DNA of 64,000 bases from Leptogorgia sarmentosa. Taxonomy: Eukaryota. Location: assembly GCA_964658305.1 (NCBI GenBank), contig OZ210885.1, positions 7,564,001-7,628,000 on the forward strand. Direction: 5' to 3'. How positions within the stretch are numbered: the first letter of the stretch is position 1; every line of letters starts with the position of its first letter. The notes beneath the pieces were generated by a model. That model did no database searches. It saw only the letters and a program-made list of their open reading frames with translations, and had not been told where the DNA came from. Shown here one piece after another: positions 34,284-46,280 of the stretch. A program made the position numbers and the translations under genes.

Positions 34284-35477
34284 CAGTGCTTCCATTTTGA
34301 AGGAAATTTCCTTTTGAAAGGATGTTTTGGCAAAATGAAGGAAATAAAAAGGAAATAATTTTTGAAGGAAATTTGAAGGAAATTCTAGAAAAATAAAGGA
34401 AAGTTGAAGGAAAATACAAAAATATCTTAAAATTAGTTAAATTTTGGAAATAAAGTGTAGAATAATATGTATCAATTCGATTTGCGGAAGTAGAGTAACC
34501 ACTAAGGCCCAGTTCAGACGTCGAACTTTTCATGTGTCGAACCTAATGCAAATGAGCGCAAACAAAGAACTTTGCTCGTTAACATTAGGTTCGGCACATG
34601 AAAAGTTCGACGTTTGAACTGGGCCTAACCAGACAGGCAGCCGAATAAGTCAACAGTATAATATTAATACTCTTAGCTTCAGGTTGCTTTCATATTCGAA
34701 TATCATATGCTAAAAGAGATTTGACATTCTAATCTCCGAACTTAAAGCTCTTGTACAGTCAAAAATGTTTTCAAACTTTCCGTTCCTGATTTTTTATATC
34801 CGTAATCTATATATAAGTCATATTATTTTCCATTAACCATTTTCCAAAATTAACTGATAGACAGTCACAGTTTTGATTGCAAAATAGGTTTTTCTAAATC
34901 TTTCAAATTTCAAAGCAAAATAGACAATTCGTAAATTAAAAAAGGGACATTCAAAAGACAAACGCGAAGAACTTAGAGTCATTATCCATTCTGCCTACGA
35001 AATGGTGGCATTTCTGAAATTTTTCTTACGATGATGTTGTGAATTGCTCACACAACAACCTCGTCACGTTTACGCTTAAGATTTATTTACTAAAATATGA
35101 ACCAAAACCTCACATCCTTTCTCACATGCTCGATCTCACGACTATTGTTCGTCTTGCGCTCGGAAACCCGAAGTTTATCCGAAGCGTCTGAATATTAATA
35201 TACTTCCCAACAGATGACATGTCATATGTTGCCGCACATGCAACCTTGATCGATGTATTAGTTCCTAATTTCTTCATATTTGTCACTAAACATTGGTTAA
35301 AATTGGCTGTAAGTAGTCTATAATTTATAGTAAATTACACATTTTCTTCGATGAGAGTTTGTTGAGCACTGATTTCGAGAAGGAAATTTGAAGGAATTTT
35401 TGATATTTTTTGAAGGAAATTCCGGTCAAAATAAGGAAAAAATTAGGAAATTACCAAGTTCGGAAATGGAAGCACTG
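34284..35477. mobile_element. Non-autonomous hAT-type element (1194 bp)
   Basis: TIR CAGTGCTTCCATTT / AAATGGAAGCACTG; 8-bp TSD TTCGTGTT; subterminal gaaggaaat repeats. Confidence 0.88.
34506..34625. mobile_element. Palindromic PIF/Harbinger MITE nested in the hAT element
   Basis: TAA|GGCCCAGTTCAGACGTCGAAC...GTTCGACGTTTGAACTGGGCC|TAA. Confidence 0.88.
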
Positions 35478-35749
35478 TTCGTGTTCGTCATTCGTTCGTG
35501 CATCGTTTGGCCTTGATTTTGGCAGCAGTACTCTTCTTGTTCGTGCCTGTTTGCGGGGCCCTCTAGGGGGTTACGCTAAGGCGGTGGTCTTTATTTCCAA
35601 CCTTGCTGCGTGCTTCTGTTGTCAGGTTGAGGTGCTTGACTGAAACCTGACGTCTCAGTTCCTCTTATCTTTTGTCCGTGTATTGAGAAATTAGATCCTC
35701 GTTTGCCACGCATAGTGTGGGCCATAGCGTACTCAGTTAACAGTTATTA

Positions 35750-36090
35750 CTTAATAAGTTGTTTCGAGACTGGGATCTCGTTTAAGCTTACATTAGGAGT
35801 AATACATAGTATTCTTGTTGAGATGCACACAGTTTTTCAGTATTAAAAATTATTAGTTTTTTTTCGAGACTGGGATCTCGTTTAAGCGTACATTAGGATA
35901 GTTACGCGGATACGAACGTGACGAAGTCTCTAATCCATCTTACCATAGCTGAGCGTACGTTCAATTTTTGCAACTCGGCGATTACAGACTAGTGTGATTA
36001 TCGACTAAGTCGAATTTACTATAATATGGAAAGAATGCTCCGATTCAAACGTGTAAAAAGTACTCAAAACTTCCAACCTTATTTATAAGA
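35750..36090. repeat. Dispersed repeat, second copy at ~56622-56840
   Basis: Shared gtttcgagactgggatctcgtttaagc...aatgctccgattcaaacg. Confidence 0.85.
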
Positions 36091-36626
36091 CAAAATATTC
36101 AAAACTTATAGACGAATATATTGAATTTTTCTCTTACCAGGGCAAGGCCCTCGTAGCTTTGGCTACTGGCTTTACATTGCTTAGCCTCCTTTTAGAAAAT
36201 ATACAAAATTTGAGATGTATAAGCTCCAGGAACATAATTCAAGCTCTGAAAATGAAATGCAGTTTTTATCTCCCGTTTACCGAGGACATACTGTAACATT
36301 ACGCCACTCTCACAGCGCTTCATTTCAATCGAACGTTTTCCGCTTTACACGAATTGCAAAATAAAAAGGATGGGGCTCATTAACAACTTGAAAACATGAT
36401 TGGATAATAACTGACGCTTTTGGGATCTTGGCTCAATTTCTCACAAAACCTGTGAGATCAAGCAGTTGAAATTTGAATTCAGTCACAATTCATTTATAAA
36501 GCTGCGTTTAAAACACCAAAACCAGCATCTGTAATGCATGAGTTGCCTGGCCTCGAAACATCGAGACCAATCGGACTAATTTCCACAGAATTTATTTCAT
36601 ATCAATACTAAACTTCCTTTCTCGTG

Positions 36627-36878
36627 TCATCCACAGTTAAATGTTCCAATTCCTTTCTTATACTCGATATGGACCTCTTCCAAACACAGCACGTTCCTCG
36701 TTTCGCTGTTTTGTCTGTATGATTTTATCTTCTCTACAAACTCGTGGAGCTGGCTTGCATTAAAATTGAGATCATGCTTGATCATAAAATTGGCGGATTC
36801 GGTATCATTCTTGTACTCCACCGGTGGATTTCCTAATCCGGCGTCGACTCGAACAGGTTTTAACATCGAGTTTTTCAT
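36627..36878 (-). pseudogene. Transposase-like fragment (MULE/SWIM-type)
   Basis: MLKPVRVDAGLGNPPVEYKNDTESANFMIKHDLNF resembles the N-x-x-E-S-x-N motif of MULE-like transposases. Confidence 0.45.
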
Positions 36879-37985
36879 CTCATTTGCCTAAAAACAGGAA
36901 AATGAACAGGTTGATAAATGGGGGACACACCGGCATATACACAATATACACATACTCAAATGTAAATGAATATATTTTTCTTTCCGCGATCACATTGAAC
37001 AATCCAGCATTTGTTGAGTTTTCTATTGCATGCTATTAGAAAGTATTTTTGATAGTAGTATTTCTAAAATTTTAGCACAATTGCTACGTAGCTATAATTC
37101 GTAAAGTGGCCTTAAAACCTTTAAGGTTGAAGACATGCAAATTATGCATCGACTGATGATATCTTTTTGTTGTAAACTCAAACGAGTGTTTATTTCTAAT
37201 ATATAGAAGTTTACCATCCATTAATTAATAATATTTAAATATGACAAGTTTCGGCGTCAGATGCACACAATGTTTTTGTCCTACTGTCATGTTACACGAG
37301 ACACATCACACCTTCATTCCTTATTGCTCTTCTTGAGAAATTTTCGTATCTGTCTTTTATTACTGGTTTTTAATTTGGACATTTCATCAAGATCAAACGC
37401 AGTTAGATAAAAGCATTCTTTTGGAAGCTCGTCCGTCCATGGCTTTCCTCCGCGGTTAGACAAGGAACCCACCTCTTGTTCCACGACACCTTCCAGTAAT
37501 GGATAGTGATTGTTTTCTTTTTTTTTGTAAAACTTTACCAATTACTGGGACATCCTTATGACCTAACAATGAGGCAGCTACGAAAGACGACTCTTTAAAT
37601 TTATAATATAGGTGCAAAGATCGGAAACCGATTGCACTTCAGCCGGACGCATGTAGGGGCCTGCGTAGACCTGTAAGGAACAACACAATGAAAAGCGAAT
37701 TGTTGTAGTTTCCTAAATCAGTAATCAGAGAGAATGTTTGCTTCGTTTTTAATGCTGACCGAACGTTTTTGGAAATTTTGAGCGCTCGTTAGTTTAGAGA
37801 ATGTTTTTCATCAGTAAACTTTTTTTTGATACACCCTGTATTACTCGATTCTAACGGAGGTCAGGGCGATTCTGCAATGCTTACAGGGTAAAGAGAGAAT
37901 AGGGTTACCTTTTAGATAGTTCCTTCTCGTGTGCTGACAAGGACAACGTAATCTCTTTTTACTGTTTGCCGATGCGAATCAGCAG

Positions 37986-38120
37986 GGGCCGGTTGTATAA
38001 AAACGTAGTTAAAGTTAACTATAGTTAAGTGCGAAAATTGAACAATCAGAAACGCGTATTTCAAAGTTAACTACAATTTAACTACAAAACGCATAGTTAA
38101 GAGTTTTATACAAGCGCCCC
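37986..38120. mobile_element. PIF/Harbinger-type MITE
   Basis: GGGCCGGTTGTATAAAA / TTTTATACAAGCGCCCC with CAG on both sides. Confidence 0.7.
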
Positions 38121-39105
38121 CAGGTCTTTTGTAGACATCGACACGCAATCTTGGGGCTCTCCAGAGCGTTGTTCTACATTTCCGTGTTATTTTTGGATGG
38201 TGGTTAGTCCTTCGTTTCATATCATTGTTCACCAGAATGAACGCAGTCGTGGTGAGGAGTGCGGGTGGGAAATAGCCAATGGAACTGCCAACCAAGATTG
38301 CCTTGTTTCGGAAAAATGTTAGGACGTCTTCTGGAAAAAGGCTTGAATAGGAATAGTGTTTTCTCGAAACGCGCCTTTCAAGGGATGTCCAAGTACTTTC
38401 GTGCTGTCGAGCGACATTTGTCAAAGGATTAAAATAAAAAACACAATCGTATTGTCCGATAGTTAATACGAGTAAATTGTAATGAACTGAAACAATATAT
38501 ACAAATGAAAAATCATTTTTAATAAATTTTTAATTGTTATTTATCTAAATATATTACATCATAGAACGTTTTATCGGGAGGAACAAGAATATTTTTATCA
38601 AATTATCAAACAAAAATTACAGCACTTTGTATCAATATAATAATAATAATAAATGTGTAAATCAATTTAACTACCTAACGAAACGAAAACTATCTTTAGT
38701 TTGTATTGTATTATATTATAATAAAGTATTTTTACTCCAATGAAAACAACCTAAGTTCAAAAATAATTTCAACACTAAGTCTAAATGTGACCTTCCATGG
38801 GATTTCATACGTTAACGATTTTTCGTTGAAACGGCAAAACAAACAGTAAACGAACGGATAGCAAACGCTTTGTGTAAACGTTTCAACGATCTTTCAAAAC
38901 GTTCGAACGATATCGGCAAAAAAATTTAACGGAAAATCCCAAAAATTTTAACGGTTTGAAAAACGTTTTCGTGAAGCCGTTCAAACGGTATACTTTGAAA
39001 CGTTTATCGACACAGTCATTCAGTCAAACGCTTTTGTGAGCAAGCTTTAAAACTTAAGAATTGCAAATGGCAACAACATTGCCACAAAATTTAGCTATAT
39101 AACTC

Positions 39106-39506
39106 AGTAGTACTATACCGCCTACATGGCGCCGGAAGTAAATAGTATGCAGATGTGTGTCCAAGATAGCGCCGGAAGTAAATAGTATGCAGTGCGCGCC
39201 GGAAGTAAATAGTATGCATTAGGAATATAGCGGAAAAAGTAATTAATATGCGCGCCAGAGGTAATTAATATACGGGAGCGAGTAATTAGTATCGGTGTAT
39301 TATTAACATTTTCAAAAAATATTTACAGTTAAATGGAGTGCCAGAGGCATCCACAGAGTGTAATTTCACCGCACTCAATGCAAAAATTGAAAGTTAATCG
39401 ATTGAATATTTCTTTTACAATGTCTACGGATTTTTTGTGCACATGTGTCCCGCAGCAGTTGGTTTATTGCGGCTCTTCGTCTTCGTTTTCAAACACAACC
39501 AGCATA
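39106..39506. mobile_element. Polinton/Maverick-like terminal fragment, copy 1
   Basis: Begins AGTAGT, followed by tandem GCCGGAAGTAAATAGTATGCA units and the 3' end of a Cys-rich ORF; paralog at 60230. Confidence 0.6.
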
Positions 39507-40300
39507 TTCCGTACGTGCTCGCTGTTCGTTCGTGCATCGTTTGGCCTTGATTTTGGCAGCAGTACCCTTCGTGTTCGTGCCTGTTTGCGGGGCCCTCTAG
39601 GTGGTAACGCTAAGGCGGTGGTCTTTACTTCCAACCTTGCTGCGTGCTTTTGTTGTACAGCCATGTCGATAGAGTTTACTTTTCTTTTCTTCAATACGTC
39701 ATCATTCTGCACAGGAATATTTTTTCTCTTACCAGGGGAAGGCCTTCGTGGCTTGGCTACCGGCTTTACATTGCTTAGCCTCCTTTTCAATTGTTTTAGC
39801 ACAGCACCCTATACAAAATTTGAGATGTATAAGCTCCAGAAACATAATTCAAGCTCACTGAAAAACCATGAATGCTGCAGTTGATGATCAAGTACAATAT
39901 GCATTTTGCCACGGAAACCACGAGACATTTTTATTACAGTGGTTTAGCATATACCATTAATTAATAGACACAATCCCATTGCACCTAACAGTCTAGAACA
40001 TAATATTCAGTATGTGGCTTAAAGGTTGTTACTTACATGGCCGGTTTCTTCATCATTGAGACAAGGATACTTCCGAATGAGCATCCTTGCCATTGCTTCT
40101 AACTCCTCCCTTTCGGGGAAGCGATTAAATGGTGCTGAGGAAGCGGCCGACACCATGTTGTTGATTGTGCCACGTATTAGCCGCTCCCTCAGCTTTTTTT
40201 CCAACTTTCCATGTTTATTTATTGCTGTTTCAATTTCGACATCACTGTAACATATGTAATGAGGTTTTTCCGTCATTCCTGAAATCGAAGAAAAATCAGT
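39500..40300 (-). pseudogene. Two-exon fragment of a SAMD3-like ORF typical of animal EnSpm/CMC elements
   Basis: FPEREELEAMARMLIRKYPCLNDEETGH|GAVLKQLKRRLSNVK across a GT-AG intron (39809-40036); further pieces at 35478-35620 and 36135-36250. Confidence 0.55.
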
Positions 40301-40359
40301 GTTATCGTCAATCATTCAATATCAATGTTATAAACACCAAAGCTTCTGAAGCATACAGT

Positions 40360-40742
40360 CGTCAGTATGGTTGGCGTCTTTCTAACTATGCAAAATAATC
40401 ATGTTGTAGTTAAAAGTTTCTCTGGTGCTACTGTTAATGACACGGAAGATTATTTAAAGCCGGTTCTTCGTAAAGAGCCAAATAAAATCATTTTGCATGC
40501 AGCAACAAAACAGAGTAGCTGAAGGTATTGCAAACCTAGGCACCCAAATTAAAGAAGAATCCCCAACAACCAGCATTGTGATCTCAAGTATATTACCAAG
40601 ATCAGATAATGCAGATTTATCAACAAAAGCATTAGAAGTAAATAGACTTACTAAATCAATTTGCTCCAAAAACAAATTATTTATATTGAACATAAAACGG
40701 TGAACAAATCATGCCTTAATTCACGTGTCTTGCATTTAAATA
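40360..40742 (+). pseudogene. Degenerate LINE ORF1 SGNH-esterase fragment
   Basis: HVVVKSFSGATVNDTEDYLKPVLRKEPNKIILH...IVISSILPRSD...LNSRVLHLN with frameshifts. Confidence 0.8.
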
Positions 40743-40915
40743 GTTGACCTGCATCTAAGGACGAAAGCGGACTTATAACCTATTAATTAATATTATTGAG
40801 ACGAAAGCATAAGGAAAATTGCTGATTCTTATTGGTTGCCGCTTCTGAATTTCCATGCTTGAATCAAATTGTTGGTTGCTATTGGTTGTGACGAAACGGG
40901 ACGAATTCTGGCCAA

Positions 40916-41058
40916 GGCCTATACTTTATACGTCGCTGTTATGACAAACTTTATAGCGTCAAAGAATGGTAATTTAGGTGAAATACTCTTATTATCCTTG
41001 TTTGAATTGCATTTTACACGACGCAAGTTTGACATAACAGCGACGTATAAACTGGGCC
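40916..41058. mobile_element. PIF/Harbinger-type MITE
   Basis: GGCC..TTTATACGTCGCTGTTATGACAAACT / AGTTTGACATAACAGCGACGTATAAACTGGGCC. Confidence 0.65.
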
Positions 41059-42108
41059 TGAACCATGCGTATGATAGCTACGCTCATATGTCTGCATGTT
41101 GGGTATTTCGTGAAGCGGAACTTTCAATCGATCGATTGTACCATAGCTTACCATATAGTTATACCGACTAACAATATTCGAAAAAGGTCATAGACATCGT
41201 CGTAGTTACGTTTCAGATAATTTCCAGAGTGAAGGAAATACTTTATTTCAGTGAAGAAAATTTTTCAAAACAGGAGTTCTCATATTCAAATTAGCCAGAA
41301 ATTATTGTGTTAGTTGGCAGATCGAATTGATTAATGCATAAAAAAACACAATGACAAGATCATCAAAGTACTTAGGCTTCAAATATTTAGATTGAGTTAT
41401 AGCCGAGAACGCCTTATAGTGATAAGGGAGAACGAAATTGTTAATTTGAATGTTGTATTTGTTAATAACATCTTCCAAATTTTGTTTACAATCCTTACCC
41501 ATATACATTAATATTATTTCCCGAGTTTATGTTCTGAATATCCGGCAAGAGATGTATTCAGCGAATTGGAAAAATGCGAACATCTGTTCTGGAGTCCGAC
41601 AGCCGAAAGTGTGCAACCCTTTAGAGAAATAGTCCAAGATGTTGGCCCTGTAATGTCTTTGTACACTAGGAAAAGCTAACCCAGAGTCCGGAATAGTACA
41701 TTCAATGCAAATTGAATGAGATGAACTGCATAAATTTTTTTGGGATCACTTCGCGGCTTGGTTACCAAGCACTGATCCAATTCTGAATCTAAACAGAAAA
41801 TATTGTTTTTTCTTTTTCTTTTTGTTTTTCTAATCCAGGCCCAAACAGCAATTCTGACCCTAACAACAAAATGCTGAGAAAAAAAGCTTGAAAGAAAGCA
41901 AACAAAATGACAAAAAACCAACTCGCTGCTGGCGATTCGGCACCATATCCTCTGAGCTAACGAAGCTCGACAAAATTGCCGGTAAAAACCTTTTATATGA
42001 ATTGATTTTGCAATACAATATATATAAAGTACGCGCAGTTACTAAGCAAGTGATCCCAAAAAATTTTTTTGCCAACCGCATACGTTTAGTTATCATCTCG
42101 CTATTATC

Positions 42109-43104
<996 letters not shown>

Positions 43105-43277
43105 TAAATATATTTAATCACGGTAGCCTTTCAGTTTCCTGGTTTTCAAAGGGCCGTGAGTAACAAATAAAATCTAAATACTAAGAAAAATACATATTTA
43201 CAACAAATACTGTTCTAGACAATTAATATTACGCTATTTACAAAAAAGGATCAAATCTGCGCGCTCCCCTGGCAAAG

Positions 43278-46268
43278 TCACTGGGCTTTTAAAAGTCGTT
43301 TAAATGCAAGTAATGAATGATTTTCAAAATCATGGACAATTTCATTTGGTAATTTGTTCCATGCCATTGCGCCACGATATAGAAAGCTTTTCTTTAGGAA
43401 ATTTGTTTTAGGTTTTGGTAGATAAAGCTTTCGATCGTTGCTTCTCAGTGTGTAAGTATCGTTATGACAAGTGTGAAATAAGTCTGATATGTATGTTGGT
43501 GTCATTTTTCGTAGAGCCTTAAATACCATTACTTCTTCACGTTGGTCAAGGGTACTTTTAATTGGTTGCCATTGTAGCCTATTTAATATGTCTGAGCTTC
43601 TAACGTCGTAATTCGAACTGGTAATAATTCGTGCAGCTCTTTTCTGTAATTTTTGTAATTTGTCAATATGTGTAATATTTCCTTGATGCCACACTGTTGA
43701 ACAATAAGTAAAGTATGGTAGAACTAATGAGTTATATAATGTAATTAGTCCGTTTTCTGTCGTGTATTTTTTGGCCCTTCTTAATAGGGCAATGTTTTTT
43801 GATATTTTCTTGCATTGAGTGTCGATATGTTTATGCCAGCTGAGATTCTCGTCTACAAATACTCCAAGAAATTCCTTTTGTGATACTCTCTTTATCTTTT
43901 GGTCCCCAATACGAATTTCTGGGTCCGAAAGTATATTTTTAAGCCTGTACTGGGAACCGATGATCATGTACTCCGTTTTTTTAGTATTTAATGTTAATTT
44001 GTTCCATATTAGCCATTTATGGACATTGTCAAGGTCTGTGTTAATTTTCTGCTCAATATCCGCTGACGATTTTCCATTACAGTTTAGATTAGTGTCATCA
44101 GCAAACATCGATGCGTCCGTGGTAGTCAAACAGTTGGGCAAGTCGTTAATATAAATCAGGAAAAGTAATGGCCCCAAATTTGACCCTTGCGGAACTCCGC
44201 AAGTGGTTTTGGCCACTGTTGAAAATTCCTGATTAATCTTACAGACTTGTCTTCTTTCTGAGAGATAGGATATAAACCATTGCAATGTCAAACCTCGTAT
44301 TCCGTAAAGATTTAATTTGTCAATAAGAATCTTATGATCTACAGTGTCGAAGGCTTTCTTAAGGTCCAAAAATAGCAAGCCATTGATAAAGCCCTTATCC
44401 ATGTTTATAAGACATTGATTTGTACCATGTAAGAGTGTGCTTTCTGTAGAATGCTGAGTACGAAATCCGGATTGGTTTGTTGACAGTAAATGATTGTCGT
44501 CAAAGTACTGGCTTAATTGTTTGTATACAAGTTTTTCGAAGACTTTTGCAATCGCTGAAATTACCGAAATAGGTCTATAGTTGCTACAGTCTTTCCTGTC
44601 CTCTGATTTATAGATTGGAGTCACTTTAGCATATTTTAATTCGTCTGGAAATATCCCGGTGTTAATAGAAAGGTTGAAAATGAAAGTCAGAGAATTAATT
44701 ATGGTCTCTCCTGCAGATTTTAAAAGTTTGTTTGAAATTTTGTCAAGTCCTGATGATTTCTTATCTTTGGTTTTGTCAATTTCGTTTTTAACATCAACAT
44801 AAGTGAAATCCTTAAAGCTAAATGTATTCGGTGCAGGCTCTACATAGCTTAGAGGGTCAATGTTATTGTTGGGCAAGTTCTCGCAAAGCTTCGGACCAAT
44901 AGTCGAAAAGAATTTGTTAAATTCGTCCGCGATATTTTTATCTCCGGTAACTGTTGTATGTTCATTTTCTACCTCGTTGATTATGGTGGATTTAGACTTT
45001 TTATTAAGCAGTTCGTTAATTGCTTTCCATCCCTCTTTACTATTTTTGCTGTTTTCTAACTTGTGCTTAAAGTAATTGGATTTTGTATCTTTAATAAGAC
45101 GGTTTAAATTATTTCGACAGTCCTTGTATAACTTGTGGTATCTAGGAGAGTTGTGTCTTACTGCTTTCTTTTTTAAGTAATCTCTATGATGGCTAAGGGA
45201 CTTAATTTCGCTTGTCATCCATGATTTGTATTCACTCTTAACCTTTCGCTTTTTTAATGGAGCATGGTGATCAGCAATTTCCAGAAAGGTTTCTTTCCAT
45301 ATATGCCAGGCAGCATTAGCATCCGTACAATTATATAGTTGCGTGGAGTTAAATGCGTCGCTAAGGTCTTGTTGGAAATAATCATTGTCGAAAAATTTGA
45401 ATTGCCTTGTTTCAACTATTTTTGGCTTACTTTTAGGAACGCTAACTTTTCGACATAGGTATACGAGACTGTGATCACTGATTCCCACATGTAATACTCC
45501 TGAGTCGATTATTTTAGTGTCGCCCATTTTAGTAATTATGATGTCTAGTAGTGTTTTAGATGTAGGGGTGATTCTGGTTGGATCTTTAATATTTTGCTGA
45601 AGTTGGTATTCAGTCAGTAAGTTGTCTAGTTTAGCGGTATGCTCATTATATTCGGTTGCTAAGAAGTTACAATTGAAGTCACCCGTTATGACAATGTCTT
45701 TGTTCTCGTCATCCGCTTTCCTTAAGAAGTCGTTGAAAAAGTCCAGTAATTCTATGTTCGCGCTTGGGGGACGGTACCATGTGGACATTAGCAGTGCTTT
45801 ACTCTTTGGTTTTCTGATTTCAAGGCATAATGCTTCAACATTAGTTACTAACAAATCATTGCGCTTTGTGTATGGAATAGTACTTCTTACGTAAATAGCT
45901 ACACCTCCCCCATTTCGGTTCCTATCTCTTCTAGTAAGGTCATATCCTTTTATCTCGACTTCGTTATTGTCTATAGTGTCATCAAGTCTTGTTTCATTGA
46001 TACTTAGTATATCAAATTGTTGATCATGCATGAGGATTCGCAACTCATCGATATGTTTTATTAGACTTGCAATATTCAAATTACCAATTTTAAAGCCCTT
46101 TAATCTTTGACAAGGGAATGCGCTAGTATTTAGGTCAGAAGACTGAGTATTTGCTTGTGAGTTATTTTGTGTTAATGATGTAGTATTTACAGACTGAGTA
46201 CTTGCTTGTGAGTTATTTTGTGTTAATGATGGGCAAATCGTAGTATAGGTATTCGCGCTAAAAGGCAC
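43278..46268 (-). CDS. LINE ORF2: AP-like endonuclease plus reverse transcriptase, uninterrupted (996 aa)
   Basis: LSINETRLD, GGGVAIY, GDFN, SDH; NYRPIS, FLDLKKAFDTVDH, GVPQGSNLGPLLFLIYINDL, FADDT. Confidence 0.97.
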   Translation of the reverse strand: MPFSANTYTTICPSLTQNNSQASTQSVNTTSLTQNNSQANTQSSDLNTSAFPCQRLKGFKIGNLNIASLIKHIDELRILMHDQQFDILSINETRLDDTIDNNEVEIKGYDLTRRDRNRNGGGVAIYVRSTIPYTKRNDLLVTNVEALCLEIRKPKSKALLMSTWYRPPSANIELLDFFNDFLRKADDENKDIVITGDFNCNFLATEYNEHTAKLDNLLTEYQLQQNIKDPTRITPTSKTLLDIIITKMGDTKIIDSGVLHVGISDHSLVYLCRKVSVPKSKPKIVETRQFKFFDNDYFQQDLSDAFNSTQLYNCTDANAAWHIWKETFLEIADHHAPLKKRKVKSEYKSWMTSEIKSLSHHRDYLKKKAVRHNSPRYHKLYKDCRNNLNRLIKDTKSNYFKHKLENSKNSKEGWKAINELLNKKSKSTIINEVENEHTTVTGDKNIADEFNKFFSTIGPKLCENLPNNNIDPLSYVEPAPNTFSFKDFTYVDVKNEIDKTKDKKSSGLDKISNKLLKSAGETIINSLTFIFNLSINTGIFPDELKYAKVTPIYKSEDRKDCSNYRPISVISAIAKVFEKLVYKQLSQYFDDNHLLSTNQSGFRTQHSTESTLLHGTNQCLINMDKGFINGLLFLDLKKAFDTVDHKILIDKLNLYGIRGLTLQWFISYLSERRQVCKINQEFSTVAKTTCGVPQGSNLGPLLFLIYINDLPNCLTTTDASMFADDTNLNCNGKSSADIEQKINTDLDNVHKWLIWNKLTLNTKKTEYMIIGSQYRLKNILSDPEIRIGDQKIKRVSQKEFLGVFVDENLSWHKHIDTQCKKISKNIALLRRAKKYTTENGLITLYNSLVLPYFTYCSTVWHQGNITHIDKLQKLQKRAARIITSSNYDVRSSDILNRLQWQPIKSTLDQREEVMVFKALRKMTPTYISDLFHTCHNDTYTLRSNDRKLYLPKPKTNFLKKSFLYRGAMAWNKLPNEIVHDFENHSLLAFKRLLKAQ

Positions 46269-46280
46269 ATAAGAATCTAG

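Noticed and set aside
37314..37541. 75-aa coding-looking fragment
   Set aside because: Probably a transposon gene tail, but no recognisable motif to support a call
38071..38424. ORF fragment resembling DUF3987-type N-termini
   Set aside because: Similarity is from memory only, short, and truncated by a MITE; not called
39125..39300. CRISPR-like array from repeated GCCGGAAGTAAATAGTATGCA (also 60250-60460)
   Set aside because: Eukaryotic context, spacers short and repeated, no cas genes; better explained as subterminal tandem repeats
43819..45894. Plus-strand ORFs opposite LINE ORF2
   Set aside because: Antisense shadows of a long coding frame
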